Shown here piece by piece: positions 1-8,191 of a DNA stretch of 24,000 nt; the first letter of the stretch is position 1; the number at the start of each line of letters is the position of its first letter. Below the pieces are notes generated by a model. It had not been told where the DNA came from. It did not search any database and saw nothing but the letters and a program-made list of their open reading frames with translations. The translations under genes and the position numbers were made by a program. Source of the DNA: Geobacillus phage GBK2. The DNA lies in the sequence record NC_023612.1. One strand, given 5' to 3'.

Positions 1-2
1 TT

Positions 3-626
3 ATGGACACCGTTAGCAATCCGGTCAAATTAGGAACGCAGCCGGTTTATCACCAAAACGTCAAAAACCGGTTTTATAACATCGTTGGACGGGGGCATGA
101 GGTTGTTGTTATTCCAAACGTATTTCATGAGGACTACACTTTTCCGATTGTTACAACCGGCTTGGATTTGGAATTATACGCAAAAGAAGATTTTGACCTT
201 TTACGAATACGAACAAACGAGGGTGGACATGTCCCGGGACGACATTATCAAGGCATCCCGGCCTTGGACTATCACCCTCTTAACTACAAATACACCCGGG
301 AATTTTATTTTGACGGGGCAAAAGCAGGGGATAAAATCGAGCTTAAGGCATCTATACGAGCGGCCCGCGTGGCTAGTGTGGACGTCCCATTAAAAAAGCA
401 CCGAATTACGATAAACGGGCACCCTATGAACATTGATAGGCAGCGGTTTATGTTGGCCCCTGCCGGCTCGTTTAGGATTGGGATAGAATTTTATAAACAA
501 GTCACCGAAAAAATGGAGAACGAAAACGGGGAATTAGTTGACGCTATATATTTAAAAGACGTCGGAATAGGGTTTTATGGCATAGCGGAATTTAGACAAT
601 GGACATATGGGGTGAGTAGGTTATGA
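3..626 (+). CDS. Phage tail/baseplate-associated structural protein (family not identified; true start could lie upstream of the window)
   Basis: 207-aa ORF overlapping by 4 nt (ATGA) with the downstream GH18-like tail gene; function inferred from position only. Confidence 0.4.
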   Translation: MDTVSNPVKLGTQPVYHQNVKNRFYNIVGRGHEVVVIPNVFHEDYTFPIVTTGLDLELYAKEDFDLLRIRTNEGGHVPGRHYQGIPALDYHPLNYKYTREFYFDGAKAGDKIELKASIRAARVASVDVPLKKHRITINGHPMNIDRQRFMLAPAGSFRIGIEFYKQVTEKMENENGELVDAIYLKDVGIGFYGIAEFRQWTYGVSRL

Positions 627-3589
627 GCTTAAAATTTATGACTTGGACGCTGCATGCTCCGACGAGCGCGACATTTAGCCAATATAAGCAGCTTGCCCCG
701 GGTGAGCCGTGGTATTCGCCTAATTATATAGATGTAAACCCTAACGCAATGGAAAATTGGGACTACCGGCAACGTACTTTTGTGGAAATGGTACAAAAAT
801 ACCATGAAAAAATTTACGCTATCGGTATGCATGAATTCGGCGTAGCGGGTGACGGGACAGTTTTTAATATGCGCTATCCGGAAATAATGTATCCCAACGG
901 TTATTACGGGCCGGATACTAGCAAAAAGGTTCTAAACGCTGATGAAAGTGACATTGCACTCCCTGTGCCAACTTCATTGCGGTATTTTATGTTTAAATAC
1001 CCGGGGATTCGTTGGAGCATTCAGTTTCTTTGCACAGCCAACATGAGCGGCGACCGTGTTACGCCTGTATTAAACAATACAAACGGCGCACAAGATACAT
1101 TTATTCACCAAGCGCGGCGCATTGCTGAATTGTACTTACTTCGCGGCTTCCCTATTAGAGATATTGAAATTGATTTTGAAAAAACATTCACCGTTGATGG
1201 CGAATGGGATTTGTTTAAAAATTTACTTGTACGGGTTAAAAATGAAGTTTGTATTACGTTAGGGCTAGGTTTGCGCGTAAACTTATATGCTATGACAGGC
1301 GATTATGAGCCGTCTTATTACGCTTGGCACGATTATCGCACGATTGCTAGTGGCATTGATATGAACGGCAACCAAGCGGTAGACGAATTTCAAATAATGT
1401 CATATGACTTTTCTTGGGGCGGCTCCGCACCGGGCCCGTCAACGCCTTTATGGTGGCTCGACAGGATTTTAAAGCATGTCCAAAATGTTTTGCCTCCGGA
1501 TAAAACATTTATAGGAAACGCCGGATATGGCCGCCGTTGGCCTTTACACAATACAGATTACGGGGTAACGTTCGATTATAAACAATTGATGCTATTGCAA
1601 AATGGCATGTATGTCCATAACGACGGGGAAACCGCGCCTGATGGGAAGTTTTATTTCCATGACCAAGATTTTATCCCATTTTGCGGCTTTAACGACCCGG
1701 ATAGTGATTATATTATTACTTACCCATTCGTATATGACCGATTCAAAGCGGAATATGCGGAGTTGGGGACATACAACGGAAAAAAATCTATTGAGCGGCC
1801 GGGTGATTATTTAACGAATTATTCCAAAACACAAAAGCCAATATTTACAGGCGTCCAAGCCGTGACGGGTAGCCCGTCCCAACAAACGGGCAACGTTACG
1901 CAAATGCTCACGGACGATTTTAACGAGGGCGGTATAAATGCAACATTTAATTTTTATGCCGTCAATAAAAAGCGGTATATTTACGACGAAAATTTAAAGG
2001 CTTGTGTACCGGAAACAGGAAACACCGGAGAAGATGGACAATTAATCTATAACATTAATTTACCGAGCGCAGGCACTTATAGATTGATTGCCGTTGTAGG
2101 TTTCCCGTTTTTCGGTAACGATATGTTTGCAATTAACGTAAACGGGACGCCATACACGATAGGGCAGGGCATCCCGGAATGGTACCCGTTTCGTACCAAT
2201 CCGTCATGGCATTTCTATGATTGCGGCACATGGAGCATGGGGACGTCTAACACTATAACGGTTGGCCCTACTAATAACGCATGGATTGGCGGTTTTATCG
2301 TTTGCAGCGGCTACAATCCAAACCTAATGGGCGGCCATTGCATCTTTAATGCCAATTTACAAAAACTCAAAAAGCGGGGGCCTAAAAACCCCGACGGCAC
2401 TTCCCAAATTGTGGACGCTAAATTCCCAAGCCAAATGATTTTGACAGGCGAGCTTTTGCGGCGTCAACCAAGACCCGCGATTATTTGGGAAGATATGTTT
2501 GGCCCACACTTAAACCCGGAAAAAGGATTTGACGAAAACACCGATTTAACAAACTTTGCTTATTACAGAAAAAACGCAATTAATACTTATTCGCCGGGCT
2601 CCGGGACGACGCCGTACAACACAGGAAGCTCGACCGTGTGTATTGACGGCTTTTATAATGTCGGTTTCTCGAAAGGTTATTGGCGCGTAAAAGCAGCCGA
2701 TGCAAACGACGACGCGCACGTATGGGCCGATTTACGGACGAGCGACGGGCAAATTGTTTTAAATAAAAAATTCGCTTGTAACGCCCATATAGAATTAGAT
2801 TGCCGCGTCAACCCCACCGACATAAACGCGAAATACGGCATACGGATTTTAGAAAATGAAGGTTATACTGATGCGGGGTATTTAGCCCGTTTAAATTTCC
2901 AAACGAAGCAAGTAGAGTTTATTGATTTTACAAATTCGGCAAACAATCGTTATGCCGATATGAGCGAAGCATTAAAAAACAGCGTCGGCGGGCGGTTTGT
3001 AATCAAATTTCAATATTTAAACGGCCGCATCCGGGTTTATGTGAATGACAACAAGTATTTAGATTTTAGCTTTACCTTACCGCCGGAGCGGGCATATGGA
3101 GGCTATGGAAACAATTGCACCCTTAAAATTTACCGCTTAACAATCGCAACACTAGACCGTTTTGAGCCAATGGAAAAGCTAGAGGTTGAAGTGGATGGGG
3201 TTAAATATCCATTTGGCGAGGTACAAAGAAACGTACCATATGATGAATTTGGATATTTGATTTTTAGCGGTTTTCCGGAGGATATAACACAAACCGAAAT
3301 AACACCGGAGGCATGGAATTTGGATTATAGAAATTTGCAAATTGCACAAGTACCGGCATGGATTGGCACGAAACAAGTCAAAATTTACATGAAAGACCCG
3401 GGCGTATGGTTACGGCGCTTTTACATTGGCGACAAGGAGGGCTATTCAGTTGCTTATAATTCGGATAAAGTCGGCTTTATCAAAACGTCCCAAATGGTTT
3501 TAAATTACGGCTGCAAAGGCATAGCTCTTTGGACATTAGGGCAAGAAGACCCGACAATTTTTGACTACATTCCAAAAGTGGAAAATTAG
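623..3589 (+). CDS. Phage tail protein with glycosyl hydrolase family 18-like catalytic fold and inserted carbohydrate-binding-like modules
   Basis: 988 aa. RDIEIDFEK resembles the GH18 DxxDxDxE strand; the C-terminus YGCKGIALWTLGQEDP matches the typical GH18 end ('GxxxWxLGxED'). Located just before the lysis cassette. Confidence 0.7.
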   Translation: MSLKFMTWTLHAPTSATFSQYKQLAPGEPWYSPNYIDVNPNAMENWDYRQRTFVEMVQKYHEKIYAIGMHEFGVAGDGTVFNMRYPEIMYPNGYYGPDTSKKVLNADESDIALPVPTSLRYFMFKYPGIRWSIQFLCTANMSGDRVTPVLNNTNGAQDTFIHQARRIAELYLLRGFPIRDIEIDFEKTFTVDGEWDLFKNLLVRVKNEVCITLGLGLRVNLYAMTGDYEPSYYAWHDYRTIASGIDMNGNQAVDEFQIMSYDFSWGGSAPGPSTPLWWLDRILKHVQNVLPPDKTFIGNAGYGRRWPLHNTDYGVTFDYKQLMLLQNGMYVHNDGETAPDGKFYFHDQDFIPFCGFNDPDSDYIITYPFVYDRFKAEYAELGTYNGKKSIERPGDYLTNYSKTQKPIFTGVQAVTGSPSQQTGNVTQMLTDDFNEGGINATFNFYAVNKKRYIYDENLKACVPETGNTGEDGQLIYNINLPSAGTYRLIAVVGFPFFGNDMFAINVNGTPYTIGQGIPEWYPFRTNPSWHFYDCGTWSMGTSNTITVGPTNNAWIGGFIVCSGYNPNLMGGHCIFNANLQKLKKRGPKNPDGTSQIVDAKFPSQMILTGELLRRQPRPAIIWEDMFGPHLNPEKGFDENTDLTNFAYYRKNAINTYSPGSGTTPYNTGSSTVCIDGFYNVGFSKGYWRVKAADANDDAHVWADLRTSDGQIVLNKKFACNAHIELDCRVNPTDINAKYGIRILENEGYTDAGYLARLNFQTKQVEFIDFTNSANNRYADMSEALKNSVGGRFVIKFQYLNGRIRVYVNDNKYLDFSFTLPPERAYGGYGNNCTLKIYRLTIATLDRFEPMEKLEVEVDGVKYPFGEVQRNVPYDEFGYLIFSGFPEDITQTEITPEAWNLDYRNLQIAQVPAWIGTKQVKIYMKDPGVWLRRFYIGDKEGYSVAYNSDKVGFIKTSQMVLNYGCKGIALWTLGQEDPTIFDYIPKVEN

Positions 3590-3689
3590 AAAATTTTAAC
3601 CAAAAACACAGTTTGTGAGTTATAATGATTTTGTATCATGGGGGACAAGCCCGAATTGACGACCAAGGATAAGAAGGGAGAGCCGAGGA

Positions 3690-3980
3690 GTGAGTGACAA
3701 TGCACAATTATTAGATAAGCTATCTAATGCCCTAGACGATGTGAAAGAACGTTTAATCAGGATTGAGGAGAACGTGAAGGACGTAAAAAACATTAAAACA
3801 GACGTCGAGGAATTGAAAGTAAAATATGCATCCATGGACGCCAAGGCAAGCAACGCGCACAAGCGGTTGGATAACGTCGAAAATAACCAAACTTGGCTTT
3901 GGCGAACAGTAATAGGCGGCCTTATTGCGGGGGCCATTGGGTTGCTTTTTTTCGTTTTTCAAATGTATATTAAGGGTTAA
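3690..3980 (+). CDS. xhlA: XhlA-like hemolysin/holin-associated protein
   Basis: 96 aa: coiled-coil N-terminus (DVKERLIRIEENVKDVKNIKTDVEEL), then HKRLDNVENNQTWLWRTVIGGLIAGAIGLLF and a single C-terminal TM, typical of XhlA. GTG start. Confidence 0.8.
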   Translation: MSDNAQLLDKLSNALDDVKERLIRIEENVKDVKNIKTDVEELKVKYASMDAKASNAHKRLDNVENNQTWLWRTVIGGLIAGAIGLLFFVFQMYIKG

Positions 3981-3994
3981 GGAGGGAGAGAAAA

Positions 3995-4642
3995 ATGGCT
4001 TTTATACCAACTTATCACAAGCGAAATTTAGAAAGATTAGGAGAATTAGGGCCAAAAACGCGCGAAAAAGCCATGCAATGGTATAACTACTGTATAGCGA
4101 ACGGGCTTGACATTCTCATTTATGAAACAAAGCGGACGGAAGAACAGCAACGAAAATATGTTGCAGAAGGTAAATCAAAAACCATGCGCTCATACCATTT
4201 AGTAGGCCAAGCGCTCGATTTTGTCCCAATCGTAAACGGCAAAGCGGATTGGAATGGATACGACCGCCCGGAAATCAAAAAAGCCATTGCTTTTGCAAAG
4301 TCATTGGGCTTCACATGGGGCGGCGATTGGAAAACATTAGTTGACAAGCCGCATCTACAATATGATAAAATCGGATACGGCCAAGACGTCGAAAAAACTG
4401 AATCAGGAACCATTAAAAAATTAGACCCTGCCCTATCCGCTGCAATTGTCCCTTATCCGGGTAAACCATTAAAACAAGGCTCGAAAGGGAAAGATGTTGA
4501 GCGCATCCAACGAGCCTTAAAAATCAAAGTCGATGGCATTTTTGGCCCACAAACCGAGGCGGCGGTAAAAGCATATCAAAAGCGTAAAGGCTTGGTTGTT
4601 GACGGTATTGTTGGCCCTATGACATGGAACATGTTATTTTAA
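3995..4642 (+). CDS. Endolysin: M15/VanY-type L-Ala-D-Glu peptidase with C-terminal peptidoglycan-binding domain
   Basis: SYHLVGQALDF and WGGDWKTLVDKPHLQY metal-binding motifs; C-terminal LKQGSKGKDVERIQRALKIKVDGIFGPQTEAAVKAYQKRKGLVVDGIVGPMTW is a PG_binding_1 repeat. Strong RBS AAGGAGGG. Confidence 0.92.
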   Translation: MAFIPTYHKRNLERLGELGPKTREKAMQWYNYCIANGLDILIYETKRTEEQQRKYVAEGKSKTMRSYHLVGQALDFVPIVNGKADWNGYDRPEIKKAIAFAKSLGFTWGGDWKTLVDKPHLQYDKIGYGQDVEKTESGTIKKLDPALSAAIVPYPGKPLKQGSKGKDVERIQRALKIKVDGIFGPQTEAAVKAYQKRKGLVVDGIVGPMTWNMLF

Positions 4643-4709
4643 AAGGCAGTTGCGACCTGCCGGGGTTGGGAATTAAAATGATTGCGAAATAAGGAGGCAA
4701 CTATTTAAA

Positions 4710-4949
4710 ATGAAAATGGACAAAGGCACCGTTATCCGTACATTTATTTTGTTTGTCGCATGGGTAAATACCTTTCTCACCATGGCGGGTAAATCCCCGC
4801 TGCCGTTTAGCGACGAGCAAATAGAAATGTTTGTGAGCGGCGCCATTACTTTTATTGCATCGTTGGTTGCATGGTACAAAAACAACTATGTAACCAAAAA
4901 AGGATTGCAGCAAAAAGAGACATTAAAGAAACATGGATTGACAAAATAA
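4710..4949 (+). CDS. Phage holin, phi LC3-like family
   Basis: 79 aa with two hydrophobic segments (VIRTFILFVAWVNTFL; FVSGAITFIASLVAWYKNNYVT) next to the endolysin. Confidence 0.85.
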   Translation: MKMDKGTVIRTFILFVAWVNTFLTMAGKSPLPFSDEQIEMFVSGAITFIASLVAWYKNNYVTKKGLQQKETLKKHGLTK

Positions 4950-4950
4950 A

Positions 4951-4978
4951 AATCCCGGAATTTTTCCGGGATTTTTTT
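4951..4978 (+). terminator. Rho-independent terminator, A/T-symmetrical and probably bidirectional
   Basis: AATCCCGGAA-TTT-TTCCGGGATT perfect 10-bp stem followed by T-run, immediately after the holin stop. Confidence 0.92.
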
Positions 4979-4986
4979 AAATTTAT

Positions 4987-5024
4987 TGTTTACAAAGTAA
5001 ATGTATTTGTTTATAATGTAAACA
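4987..5024 (+). promoter_or_regulatory. Sigma-A-type promoter overlapping two 17-bp dyad operator-like sites (P1)
   Basis: TTTACA (4989-4994), 17-nt spacer, TATAAT (5012-5017). Dyads TGTTTACAAAGTAAATG (4987-5003) and TGTTTATAATGTAAACA (5008-5024). Confidence 0.7.
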
Positions 5025-5044
5025 GAAATTGAATTTTTAATTTA

Positions 5045-5491
5045 TTATCGAATCCAAATAGGAGAAGATGCTATTTTAGCAATAGACCCGTTTTCATGAT
5101 AGAATGTGACAAGAACACGCATATGTTCACCCGGTCTCAATACATTAGTGAATGTACGGTGAGAAGGACTTAAATGACTTACCCATCCATAACGTGTTCC
5201 TACTGTAATCCATGCATCTTTAGTCGCACGTTGTAATTCCATTTTCCAATTAATCCGAACTTCCGCATAATAAGCCTTGTCCTGTTGAATAGTGACATAA
5301 ACGTTACTAGCGTCTTCACTGACACAAATGGTATGATATAAATTTGGTTGCCAACCATTAGGAACATGAAATCTTTTACTACATCCAGCATAATAAGCAT
5401 GAGCTTTACCATTATCCATAAAAGCGAAAGAAGATAGTCCGAGAATTATAGCTGCTAATACCATAGAAAACTTTTTAAATAATTTTTTCAA
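5045..5491 (-). CDS. Secreted small protein, candidate moron / lysogenic conversion gene
   Basis: 148 aa with Sec signal peptide MKKLFKKFSMVLAAIILGLSSFAFMDNGKAHAYYAG; TTG start with RBS AAAGGAG. Only substantial minus-strand gene in the window. Confidence 0.7.
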   Translation of the reverse strand: MKKLFKKFSMVLAAIILGLSSFAFMDNGKAHAYYAGCSKRFHVPNGWQPNLYHTICVSEDASNVYVTIQQDKAYYAEVRINWKMELQRATKDAWITVGTRYGWVSHLSPSHRTFTNVLRPGEHMRVLVTFYHENGSIAKIASSPIWIR

Positions 5492-5529
5492 TTGCTAACA
5501 GCTCCTTTCTATTCTTGTTAGTTAATTAA

Positions 5530-5558
5530 ATTTATAAAAAAGCGGGATTGCTCCCGCC
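5530..5558 (-). terminator. Minus-strand hairpin plus T-run upstream of the moron (insulating terminator)
   Basis: On the minus strand: GCGGGA-GCAA-TCCCGC followed by TTTTTTATAAATTT. Confidence 0.6.
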
Positions 5559-5718
5559 CAACCGTAAAGGGGGGAAAGTAAAGATGACAAAATTATAGTA
5601 CCCGTTGGCGGCGCTACCAACGGGCGAGGGGTAAAAATACCGGGAATAGGCGAATTAAGCACCGGCACAATTTAATTATAAGGCACCGGGGCCAATAAAA
5701 CAATAGGAGGGGTAAAAG

Positions 5719-5913
5719 ATGCGCGTAAAAATAGTTAATTACAAAGAGCCGACGGATTTATTAGGCAAAGCGGTTGCTGTTTATTTGAGGGATGGCCGAG
5801 ATTTTTATTTCAAAATTATGGAGTGTGGCCCGGATTATATCGGCGGGTATGACGATGAAGGACTGAACCAAAAAATTTTGCTTAAGGATATAGATTTTGT
5901 TTTGAGGTGGTAA
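5719..5913 (+). CDS. Small conserved-looking phage protein of unknown function
   Basis: 64 aa, RBS GGAGGGGTAAAAG-ATG. Confidence 0.65.
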   Translation: MRVKIVNYKEPTDLLGKAVAVYLRDGRDFYFKIMECGPDYIGGYDDEGLNQKILLKDIDFVLRW

Positions 5914-5914
5914 C

Positions 5915-6163
5915 ATGGAGCGAAAATATGTTTATGTCGAGGATTTGTTAAAAATGGGGCGCGAAATGGGTATTTTGCCCCTCTACACTAAAAAAGCGCT
6001 GGCCGAGCGTTGGGGAGTATCCAAGCAAGTAGTTCAAAATTGGAGCATGCGGGACGAAAATTTTTGCAAACCTATCGAGGGCCTTGTTATAGGCAAGGGG
6101 CCTTACTACCCACTTTGCGAGGTTGAACGATACGAAAAGGAGAGGGGTTTAAAAAGTGAATGA
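5915..6163 (+). CDS. Small DNA-binding protein, helix-turn-helix
   Basis: KKALAERWGVSKQVVQNWSMRDENF resembles an HTH; tight spacing in the operon. Confidence 0.6.
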   Translation: MERKYVYVEDLLKMGREMGILPLYTKKALAERWGVSKQVVQNWSMRDENFCKPIEGLVIGKGPYYPLCEVERYEKERGLKSE

Positions 6164-6290
6164 GCCAAAAATAATGTTTTGTTACAAATGCAAAAGCGTT
6201 TCAGAATTTAAACCGCATTGTCCGTTTTGCGGTATCTCAATTAAAGAAAACGAAAAATTGGGGGAGGAATTTGAAAATGAAACTAACTAA
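6156..6290 (+). CDS. 44-aa zinc-ribbon mini-protein
   Basis: GTG start, VNEPKIMFCYKCKSVSEFKPHCPFCGISIKENEKLGEEFENETN*; two CxxC pairs; RBS AGGAGAGGGG; overlaps both neighbours. Absent from the ORF track because of size. Confidence 0.6.
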   Translation: MNEPKIMFCYKCKSVSEFKPHCPFCGISIKENEKLGEEFENETN

Positions 6291-6843
6291 ATTAGGGAAA
6301 ATCGTTGTAGCGTTAGGGGCTTCTTTCGTTATTTTAGCGGGATGGAAAGCGTTTGGCGCATATAAGCGCGAAAAAGCGATGGAGAACCGCACCTATAAAG
6401 CGGTTGAGCATGTTAAACTTTCCAAGGAGAAAGAGCAAGAAATTGAAATGAACTATACGGACGAAAGCGCCGTTATTGACATTGTTCATAAGCAATTTAA
6501 TGAAATGCTTGGATGGGGCAGATACACTTATTTTGATGACGAGGAGAAATGGAAAAACGAAAAGGAAAACCTAAAATTTATTTATGAAATCGTTGAGAGA
6601 ACCAAAAACGATGCGGCGACAAACGAAAACATGAGAAAAGATTTTGGCAACATCTTAAAATTGATTAATAAAGCCGTCGAAAACCGGGACGTTGACGGGC
6701 TGATTTACGCGCATCGTATCATACATGATTTAGACCATGAAGAAAACGGCCATGTGGCCCCGGACGTTCAAGTTTTCGGATATAGCATTTATTGCAACGG
6801 GAACGAAACAGAGGAGGTATATGATTACTTGAAAGAAAATTAA
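6271..6843 (+). CDS. Membrane-anchored protein of unknown function
   Basis: 190 aa with N-terminal TM (LGKIVVALGASFVILAGWKAFGAY) and charged helical domain; RBS GGGGGAGG upstream. Confidence 0.65.
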   Translation: MKMKLTKLGKIVVALGASFVILAGWKAFGAYKREKAMENRTYKAVEHVKLSKEKEQEIEMNYTDESAVIDIVHKQFNEMLGWGRYTYFDDEEKWKNEKENLKFIYEIVERTKNDAATNENMRKDFGNILKLINKAVENRDVDGLIYAHRIIHDLDHEENGHVAPDVQVFGYSIYCNGNETEEVYDYLKEN

Positions 6844-6930
6844 TTTAAAAAGCGCCGGCGGGACATGCATATTTTGGAACCCTGCCGCATAAGCTGATAG
6901 CGTGATAACGCTATACAGCTTTCCCCCTAA

Positions 6931-6970
6931 AAAAACCGCTCAAAATTGCGAGCGGTTTTTTATTTTTTTA
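6931..6970 (+). terminator. Rho-independent terminator
   Basis: AAAAACCGCTC-AAAATTGC-GAGCGGTTTTT then ATTTTTTTA. Confidence 0.92.
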
Positions 6971-7030
6971 TACATAAAACGCTCATGCCGCTCATATCAT
7001 CATAACAAAAATCCAAAGGAGTTGATTGTT

Positions 7031-7336
7031 ATGTCAAAAAATCGTTTTTCCAAGCCGGTTGCATTTAACAAAAACAACCCGGACGACCAAAAAATTTTAA
7101 AGCATGTCGCACGGCGCAATTTTAGCGGCTATGTCAAAAAGCTCATATTGGCCGATATAGAGGCCCGAGAGCAAGAAAAGGCCCAAAATAAAGCCGTTGA
7201 GGCCGTTAAACCGGAGCCAACACCGGCACCAAGGCAGGAAACAGCGGCCGAAAAAATGGCCCGGTTAAGAGAACAAATTAAAAAGCCGAGCAACCCAATG
7301 CCCGGCCCTAAACTGTTTACCCGACAAGAGAATTAA
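7031..7336 (+). CDS. Ribbon-helix-helix / ParR-like plasmid-partition-type protein
   Basis: Starts MSKNRFSKPVAFNKNNPDDQKILKHVARRNFSGYVKKLILADIEARE, the N-terminal pattern of RHH/ParR-like adaptors; RBS AAAGGAG. The longer ORF start at 6902 lies in a terminator. Confidence 0.6.
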   Translation: MSKNRFSKPVAFNKNNPDDQKILKHVARRNFSGYVKKLILADIEAREQEKAQNKAVEAVKPEPTPAPRQETAAEKMARLREQIKKPSNPMPGPKLFTRQEN

Positions 7337-7471
7337 CAGCCAATCCAATGCCATAACCAACGATTAAGGCGGCGATAAACATTTTTTCATCATCCTTTCG
7401 TTGTTGTTTGTGAGGTTGTTTGTAGTATGTCCCGGCATTTTAAAAATTAAACATGAGGGGAGAAAAATAAA

Positions 7472-7813
7472 ATGGCGAGAATGGAAACAATCAAATTTAA
7501 GGATTTTATGAGCGGAGAGTACAAAAAACCCAAAAAGACAGTTGCAAAGGTGATTGGCGCGACCGGCCCGGCGCTCGTTTTAATCGTACCAAAAAGCGCA
7601 TTTGCTGCCGGTATGCATAGCACTTTTGGGAGTATCCATAGCGCTATTATGAACGCATTTGACGCGGGGGTTGTCTTAATAATCATTTTCGCGGGCGCTG
7701 CTTGGGCATTGGGACACCGTACCAAGGCCATTGAAATACTTATAGGCGTTTGTTGCGGTTATATTTTGGCCCGGCATGCCATTGATATTAGAGATTTTTT
7801 AAAGGGGATTTAA
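7472..7813 (+). CDS. VirB2/TrbC pilin-like small membrane protein
   Basis: 113 aa: hydrophobic leader ALVLIVPKSAFAAG, then two TM segments (GVVLIIIFAGAAWALG / EILIGVCCGYILARH) separated by a short basic loop, as in VirB2/TrbC. Confidence 0.5.
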   Translation: MARMETIKFKDFMSGEYKKPKKTVAKVIGATGPALVLIVPKSAFAAGMHSTFGSIHSAIMNAFDAGVVLIIIFAGAAWALGHRTKAIEILIGVCCGYILARHAIDIRDFLKGI

Positions 7814-7817
7814 GGCC

Positions 7818-8180
7818 ATGAGGTTTGTAATGAGCGCGAGCGGAGAATTGACCGAAGTGAAGGACGTTGGCGAGTTTTATATTGGCGGCAAGCCGGAGCC
7901 GGGCAGTTTTATGGATAAGATGAATCGTTTTTCGGATTGGGTTGTTAGCAAAGAAATTGAGCTATTTATAAAGCCGTTTGTTGAGTTTATGCAGGGGTTG
8001 GCAATAACCTTTTGGCATTGGTTTATTAAAGTATTGCCGGATTTAATGGGGTATGGAGCGATAATAGCGGGCATATGCATTATATTGAGCGCGATGATTG
8101 GCCGGGGTGGATTGATAAAACCATTGGCCATGTATTTTGCGGCGCTCGTAATTGCCATTTGCATTTTAACAAGTGTATAG
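7818..8180 (+). CDS. Membrane protein, probable partner in T4SS-like module
   Basis: 120 aa with amphipathic N-terminus and C-terminal TM segments, 4 nt after the pilin-like gene. Confidence 0.5.
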   Translation: MRFVMSASGELTEVKDVGEFYIGGKPEPGSFMDKMNRFSDWVVSKEIELFIKPFVEFMQGLAITFWHWFIKVLPDLMGYGAIIAGICIILSAMIGRGGLIKPLAMYFAALVIAICILTSV

Positions 8181-8191
8181 GAGGGATAAAA

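Noticed and set aside
6902-7030. Upstream extension of the ParR-like ORF.
   Set aside because: It spans a strong terminator; ATG at 7031 has AAAGGAG.
8075-8191. Upstream extension of the ATPase ORF.
   Set aside because: It overlaps the membrane protein gene and the real start at 8192 has an RBS (GGAGGGATAAAA).
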